From NCBI GenBank assembly GCA_040753015.1, contig JBFMHM010000002.1:36319-100318 (forward strand): 64,000 nucleotides of DNA, given 5' to 3'. Positions within the stretch are counted from its first letter, which is position 1; every line of letters begins with the position of its first letter. This DNA is from Candidatus Omnitrophota bacterium. Its GTDB lineage: Bacteria; Omnitrophota; Gorgyraeia; Gygaellales; JBFMHM01. The position numbers and the translations under genes are program-made. Below are positions 55,559 through 61,242 of the stretch, piece by piece. The notes beneath the pieces were generated by a model. It did not search any database. It was not told where the DNA came from and saw only the letters and a list, made by a program, of their open reading frames with translations.

Positions 55559-56337
55559 CATGGGATGGATTAATAGAACAAGCCAAAATATTGAACTTGC
55601 CATTAAATAAACAACGGGCAATTGTCAGGGAATATGCCCAAACAATTATTTTAAAAGGAATTTATCAAGCTGATCTCGGAAAAAAATTATTTTTTATCGG
55701 CGGCACTGCCTTGAGATTCGCTTATGGCCTTAAGCGATTTTCCGAAGATTTAGATTTTGATGCCAACAAGAATTTAACTTTTATGGATTTTAAACAAATT
55801 CTAAAAGTTTGTAATACTACGTTAGAAAAAGAAGGAATAGAAAATTCCACTACCTGTAAGGAAAAAGGCAGTTTATTAATCGGCCAGATTAAACTAACCA
55901 ATATTCTACAAAATTATAATATTACAAAATTAAAAGATGAAAAATTGATGATAAAATTTGAACTAAACAGGCCAAAATGGAATCTTACGGCAGAATCTGC
56001 CGTAATTAACAGATATGGATATCTATTTACAGCTATGCTGGCAAACAAATCTGTAATGTTTTCTGAAAAAATAATTGCATTCCTTAATCGAAAACGCGGC
56101 AGGGATATTTATGATATAATTTTTATGCTTCAAAATAAATTCCCTATAGATAATCATATTTTAAAAGCAAACGGCTATGAATTAAGCACAAAAGAATTAA
56201 TTCTTAACCGTATTAAAAGTTTAAAAAATAATGACTTGCATTATTTAACAAAACAAGTCGAACCATTTTTACTTCAGGAAGAAGAAAAAGATTTTATTAT
56301 TAATTCCGCAAATTATATCAAAGCGCTTTTAGCTTGA
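55552..56337 (+). CDS. abiEii: Type IV TA toxin, AbiEii nucleotidyltransferase
   Basis: FIGGTALRFAYGLKRFSEDLDF, EKIIAF..R..GRDIYDI; overlaps the antitoxin gene. Confidence 0.9.
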   Translation: MLTWDGLIEQAKILNLPLNKQRAIVREYAQTIILKGIYQADLGKKLFFIGGTALRFAYGLKRFSEDLDFDANKNLTFMDFKQILKVCNTTLEKEGIENSTTCKEKGSLLIGQIKLTNILQNYNITKLKDEKLMIKFELNRPKWNLTAESAVINRYGYLFTAMLANKSVMFSEKIIAFLNRKRGRDIYDIIFMLQNKFPIDNHILKANGYELSTKELILNRIKSLKNNDLHYLTKQVEPFLLQEEEKDFIINSANYIKALLA

Positions 56338-56346
56338 TAATGCTTC

Positions 56347-59300
56347 TTATCCAATAATCGTAATTTGTACTTGTGAGAGGTCAATGCCGCCTGCCCCGTG
56401 GGCGTCAGCCTCTACGGGGCCGGTGGCCTGTGGTATTTCTACGGCTGTGGTTGCAACTATTAACACAGGTTGCGCCGCAGATAGCTCTCCTATATGCTCC
56501 ATAGTTGTATCTGGGTCGCCTCCTGCATCTCTTACTAATGCCTCTTGCTCTAGCGTTAAGCCACCTTGTAATTCAGCTGGTACAGCTGGGCTACTTATAC
56601 CGCCTTTATCTTCCTTCCTCTCCCATACCACATACACATCTTTAAATGAATAATCTTTTGGTAATGTATTCCATTTAATAGGTTCGCCTAATGTTGTTTT
56701 AGGATATTTTTTTCTTTCGATTGTTTTGTTTATATCCGAGCGGTTGGAAAGAATATTCCTATCAGTAGGAAAATAAAGAGCTTCAAAACCACCTGCCTCT
56801 GCAATACTAATAAGCGCTTGTTCAACTAAAGGATACAGTTCGCTTGCCTTTACTTGCGAAAGAAATTCCATACTTGGGTTTATCCCAGGGCAAGTAAGGT
56901 ATTTTTTGCCTCCAATAGTTACAATGTATAACCCGATAAAACCGCAAGCCTGATTGGTAGCTGTATCGATAATTGCAAGCGGTAAGAAACTTGTATCTTT
57001 CCAAAGCTTAATGTCCGGAGCAACACATACACCTGCGTTTAAGCCCCATAAACTAAAAGGTATGCCTTTTGCAATACGAAATTCTAATTTAGCGGTTCCT
57101 TTGGTGTAAGCAATAAACTTTGCCTTTTCCTGCCTTATAGTATCTAATGTTGGTTTAAAAAATGCCTTTGTTAGGGCAGGCTTTGACGCCTTTGGATGCG
57201 GCCTACGAGCAAGTATCGCATTAATCGCTTCTATTAAATCTGAATTGTTAATTAAGGGTAATATTTGAATTGTTATTTGGAAATTTGTAAACTTGCTTAA
57301 AACACGAGTTATTGCCTGTTGTTTACGAGTATCATCCAGTGCAGCATTTGACCAGATACTTTCTAATATAGTTTTGATTGATTCTGGGTTTGCAATAGAG
57401 TCACCTTCTTCAGAAAGACTAGGAAATGTGTCCGCATCTAATTCGTCTAACACTTCTTTAAATAGCTTAGACAGCTCCTCTTTATCCGTAAACATAATCT
57501 CAAATATTTGGACGCTTGAGTAATCATCAGTAATTGCCTCAAGCCGCTGTTTTATGGCTTCATCATAACTTGCAAACTTATAGAACTTAGCTAAAGCTTC
57601 TTCCTGCTTGGTTGAATTGAGAAGATCAGCTAACCACTCAACTAAAGCTTGTTTAAATGCCTTTTTTGCTTCTCTTTGTTCTTCTGTTCGTTTTGCCTCA
57701 TCAGAAATAGAGCAACGCAGGTGGTTAAGTAAAGAAGAAAGTTTGCTATCCGGATCAAAGGTTTTTCCAGGGGCTAACCTATATTCAACAAGGTTAAGGC
57801 TGCTTTCGCCAAAGCTTCTATCTTTAAGCTCGGCTGGGATATGTTTTCTTAGGTCACCTGCTTGGCTAAAGCTATTGAAATGGTTTTGTATATCTTCTTT
57901 TTTTACAAAAGATGCCCCTGATGCCGGAATAGCCATTTGCAATACTGCAATAACTGCTTCATTAAGTTCTGTTTTAGGGATACCTTTAGCTTTTAAGAGC
58001 TGTCTTAATAATGCAAGCTCCTGTTCACCGACTTTATCTTGGACAATTTGCTGTTTAAAGGCAAACAATTCTTGTAAACCCTCTTGGCCTGTTTGTTTGT
58101 ATAACCTAAATAAGCTTGGGCTAAAAGAATGAGTTAGGTCAACAAATTCAAAGATTCGCCCTCTTTCATCATCTGATAAGCTTATATCAACGCTTCTGCT
58201 TTTAAGGCCATCTAAGATGCCATCAAGGACTTGTATTGCAATACGCCTATTATGTTCAATTACTTTTATGTAAAAATCAACTACAGCAAAAAAATTTAAT
58301 TGCTTATCTTTTATAAATGGAACATATTGTTCAACTAAGAGTTGAAGTAGAGAACCTGAAGTATACTTATCGCTAGCAGCAAATAACGCTAATAATTTTA
58401 TAACAATATCATCCCAGTTAGCTCTTAGGAAGTCTTCGCCGAGGCTGTTTTTAAGTGCGGGAAGGCTGTGCTGGAATAAATACCAGGCATTTCCTCCTGC
58501 GGCAATACCTAATCGCACAATATCATCCCAGTTAGCTCTTAGGAAGTCTTCGCCGAGGCTGTTTTTAAGTGCGGGAAGGCCGTGCTGGAATAAACCCCCG
58601 GCATTTCCTCCTGCGGCATTTGCTAATTGTACAAGCTGATTGCCTACAGTATTTAGCGATGCTGCATCAGTAATTAAGCCAAGATCCTTTGCAAAAGGAA
58701 GGCCGTAGAAGAATAAATACAAGGCATTTCCTCCTGCGGCAATACCTAATCGCACAATATCATCCCAGTTAGCTCTTAGGAAGTCTTTGCCAAGGCTGGT
58801 TTTAAGTACGGGAAGGCCGTACTGGAATAAACCCCCGGCATTTCCTCCTGCGGCATTTGCTAATTGTACAAGCTGATTGCCTACAGTATTTAGCGATGCT
58901 GCATCAGTAATTAAGCCAAGATCCTTTGCAAAAGGAAGGCCGTGCTGGAATAAAGACAAGGCATTTCCTCCTGCGGCATTTGCTAATTGTACAAGCTGAT
59001 TGCCTACAGTATTTAGCGATGCTGCATCAGTAATTAAGCCAAGATCCTTTGCAAAAGGAAGGCCGTGCTGGAATAAACCCCCGGCATTTCCTCCTGCGGC
59101 AATACTTAATCGCACAATATCATCCCAGTTAGCTCTTAGGAAATCTTCGCCGAGGCTGTTTTTAAGTGCGGGGAGGCCGTGCTGGAATAAATTCCAGGCA
59201 TTTTCTCCTGCGGCATCATATAGTTTCTTAAAATAAATATATCCGTACTCATCGATAATAAACCTATAAAGATTTTTCCAATTTGTGCCTATTTCAAAAT

Positions 59301-61107
59301 TTTTGCTAGATAAGAATTCTTTTGCTGCTTGTTCTTCGTCTGGCAATTGTTTATTTCTATTTAATATTGCCCTCTTTATTCTTAGATAAAGTTCTTTTGT
59401 ATCCTGCCACATTAGTTGTAAATTAGTGCTCCCATCTTTCCTTAAATAGGCATTGTAATTTCGTTTACATAAAAAACTTAACAATAAAATTACCGGATTC
59501 ACTCCTGAACCATAAAAAGTAATTTCGTCATTATCTTGTGCTGCTCCTCCTACTGGAAAACTTGCCTCGACTTTAATATCACCTGTAGCAACTGCCCTGA
59601 ATTGACGAGCTGAAGCTGAATCTGCTACAGTAGTTGCTCCGGCAAACGCTCCCAACTCCACACCACCACTCACATAACTTCTTCGAATTTGGCGAGCCAC
59701 TGGCGTATCGCCAATTCGATCCTGAGCACTGTCGAAGGATCTTGTAGTTTTAGTAAGGTGGTATTCTCCTTGTTTTACTGAGTCTAAGTATGCGGCAAAG
59801 ATTTGTTGCGGGGTTATTAGATCCTTAGATATTAGCCCCCTTAGATTATTAGAGTTAATTATCTGCGCAAAAGCATTTGCCCTAAACCAGTCAGACCGCT
59901 TCGCTGATGGTATAGGGTCACCCTGAACCGTGCTTTGCTCTGGTTCAGGGCTGAGTTCTTTAGAAATTAGGCCATTCAAATTGTTTGTGTTGATAATTGA
60001 TGAAAAAGAATCTGTAGGGGCGAAACCATGTTTTCGCCCATCAGTTATAGGGCGATTACGCGCCTGCCTACCGGCAAGGCAGGGAATCGCCCCTACGTTA
60101 TCTTGCCCTATACCAGAGCTCGCTTCGCTCGCACGGTATAGGGTAAGCGCTTTGCGCTTATACCATTTAGCAAGTATTATTGCATTGTAAATTTGTCTTA
60201 GTGGCTCATAGCTTGAGTCATGGTTAACTTTATAGGTTAGGTTAGGAAGTATTAGTTCTTTTAGTTGGGATTCACAGTAGGATTGTAGTTCTTCAGTTCG
60301 ACTGTTCGTCAGTTCTTCGGTTCTTCGGTTTTGTTCTTCTTTTTGATTTTTGGTTTGTATATTTGATTTTTGATATTTGATATTTGATTTTTCAAGGTAT
60401 TCACTTTCCAGTAACACTTTCAGTGTTGATTTGGTAATTACACAGCTACCTTTACCGTCTTCGTATACTTCTGCTTTGTCTGGGACAATCCAGACACGGA
60501 AGGTGATTGGAATGTTTAATTTATCTGTAGGGGCGAAACCATGTTTTCGCCCATCAGTTATAGGGCGATTACGCGCCTGCCTACCGGCAAGGCAGGGAAT
60601 CGCCCCTACGGGTTGTTTCTGCAATTCTTTTGCCTTTTCAAACACCCTATTCCAATACTCTGTTGCTCCTTGTGATAATCCTGGGAATAATGCAAAGGCT
60701 GTGTCTTTCTTTAGCTTTAGGTCTAGGAGTAATAGATGCTTACCCATGTCTGTGTAGGCAATATTTGCTCCTGTAAGCCTATTAGGCTGGTTTGGGTTTA
60801 GGTTAACCCAGAATTCAGAGTCGTTTATGGTTAGAGCTGTTAGAAAGTAGTTTATGTTGGTTGCAAGGTTTGCTCTTTGGTCTTTGGTTAGAATTGTGTT
60901 CTTTGGGATGTTTAAATGAAACGATATCGTTTCATTTAAACCCTGAACCGTGCTATGCTCTGGTTCAGGGTAGAAGTTAATGCCCAATAATGTTGGCCCC
61001 GAAAAATCCGCTAACGCGGATCTCGGGGTTATGTTTTGAAAACCATAACAAAACTGGTTAAAACAAAAAATCCCTGCTAATAATAAGATAAATATACGTT
61101 TAATCAT
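56347..61107 (-). CDS. Large (~1586 aa) secreted protein: Omnitrophota-like N-terminal domain, internal helical repeat array, unknown C-terminal domain, terminal GGIDL motif
   Basis: Signal peptide MIKRIFILLLAGIFCFNQFCYG (ATG 61107); FWVNLNP, DLKLKKDTA, RVWIVP, LKVLLESEY, LRQIYNAIILAKWYK, RSYVSGG; C-terminal GGIDL. Family recognised from memory, not from a search. Confidence 0.75.
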   Translation of the reverse strand: MIKRIFILLLAGIFCFNQFCYGFQNITPRSALADFSGPTLLGINFYPEPEHSTVQGLNETISFHLNIPKNTILTKDQRANLATNINYFLTALTINDSEFWVNLNPNQPNRLTGANIAYTDMGKHLLLLDLKLKKDTAFALFPGLSQGATEYWNRVFEKAKELQKQPVGAIPCLAGRQARNRPITDGRKHGFAPTDKLNIPITFRVWIVPDKAEVYEDGKGSCVITKSTLKVLLESEYLEKSNIKYQKSNIQTKNQKEEQNRRTEELTNSRTEELQSYCESQLKELILPNLTYKVNHDSSYEPLRQIYNAIILAKWYKRKALTLYRASEASSGIGQDNVGAIPCLAGRQARNRPITDGRKHGFAPTDSFSSIINTNNLNGLISKELSPEPEQSTVQGDPIPSAKRSDWFRANAFAQIINSNNLRGLISKDLITPQQIFAAYLDSVKQGEYHLTKTTRSFDSAQDRIGDTPVARQIRRSYVSGGVELGAFAGATTVADSASARQFRAVATGDIKVEASFPVGGAAQDNDEITFYGSGVNPVILLLSFLCKRNYNAYLRKDGSTNLQLMWQDTKELYLRIKRAILNRNKQLPDEEQAAKEFLSSKNFEIGTNWKNLYRFIIDEYGYIYFKKLYDAAGENAWNLFQHGLPALKNSLGEDFLRANWDDIVRLSIAAGGNAGGLFQHGLPFAKDLGLITDAASLNTVGNQLVQLANAAGGNALSLFQHGLPFAKDLGLITDAASLNTVGNQLVQLANAAGGNAGGLFQYGLPVLKTSLGKDFLRANWDDIVRLGIAAGGNALYLFFYGLPFAKDLGLITDAASLNTVGNQLVQLANAAGGNAGGLFQHGLPALKNSLGEDFLRANWDDIVRLGIAAGGNAWYLFQHSLPALKNSLGEDFLRANWDDIVIKLLALFAASDKYTSGSLLQLLVEQYVPFIKDKQLNFFAVVDFYIKVIEHNRRIAIQVLDGILDGLKSRSVDISLSDDERGRIFEFVDLTHSFSPSLFRLYKQTGQEGLQELFAFKQQIVQDKVGEQELALLRQLLKAKGIPKTELNEAVIAVLQMAIPASGASFVKKEDIQNHFNSFSQAGDLRKHIPAELKDRSFGESSLNLVEYRLAPGKTFDPDSKLSSLLNHLRCSISDEAKRTEEQREAKKAFKQALVEWLADLLNSTKQEEALAKFYKFASYDEAIKQRLEAITDDYSSVQIFEIMFTDKEELSKLFKEVLDELDADTFPSLSEEGDSIANPESIKTILESIWSNAALDDTRKQQAITRVLSKFTNFQITIQILPLINNSDLIEAINAILARRPHPKASKPALTKAFFKPTLDTIRQEKAKFIAYTKGTAKLEFRIAKGIPFSLWGLNAGVCVAPDIKLWKDTSFLPLAIIDTATNQACGFIGLYIVTIGGKKYLTCPGINPSMEFLSQVKASELYPLVEQALISIAEAGGFEALYFPTDRNILSNRSDINKTIERKKYPKTTLGEPIKWNTLPKDYSFKDVYVVWERKEDKGGISSPAVPAELQGGLTLEQEALVRDAGGDPDTTMEHIGELSAAQPVLIVATTAVEIPQATGPVEADAHGAGGIDLSQVQITIIG
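58402..59214 (-). repeat. Intragenic tandem array of 7 units of two types (A 114 bp/38 aa; B 123 bp/41 aa), order A-B-B-A-B-A-A(partial)
   Basis: Near-identical DNA units starting at 59214, 59100, 58977, 58854, 58740, 58617 and 58503. Confidence 0.95.
59921..59950. repeat. 30-bp hairpin element CCCTGAACC...GGTTCAGGG, copy 1
   Basis: One mismatch from 60941-60970; encodes PEPEQSTVQG. Confidence 0.85.
60010..60097. repeat. REP-like composite palindrome (GTAGGGGCG...CGCCCCTAC), copy 1
   Basis: 88 bp identical to 60523-60610; contains nested CCTGCCTACCGGCAAGGCAGG hairpin; in frame in the CDS. Confidence 0.85.
60285..60392. repeat. Adjacent degenerate 8-mer and 7-mer short tandem repeats within the CDS
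   Basis: TCAGTTCG/TCGGTTCT-type octamers (~6 copies), then ATTTGAT/TTTTGAT heptamers (~7 copies). Confidence 0.7.
60523..60610. repeat. REP-like composite palindrome, copy 2
   Basis: Identical to 60010-60097, 513 bp away, same reading frame. Confidence 0.85.
60941..60970. repeat. 30-bp hairpin element CCCTGAACC...GGTTCAGGG, copy 2
   Basis: Encodes PEPEHSTVQG; abuts a perfect 32-bp palindrome at 60910-60941. Confidence 0.85.
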
Positions 61108-61242
61108 ATATAATAAGTATGCACTATAAAACAACCAATTTCAAGGGTTTTTGGGCGAAAAATGTAAGCGCTTTCAGTATGCGCTTTTTGCAGACTGAAG
61201 ATGCGTCTCGCCAACGGGTTAATGACGGACGGTTATATAGAA

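Noticed and set aside
58402-59214. CRISPR array or DGR variable region
   Set aside because: Units are 114/123-bp in-frame coding repeats without unique spacers, and no cas genes are present. The variable codons would fit A-to-N mutagenesis of AAG AAT, but there is no reverse transcriptase or template repeat in the window, and a nearby CAG-to-TTC change does not fit.
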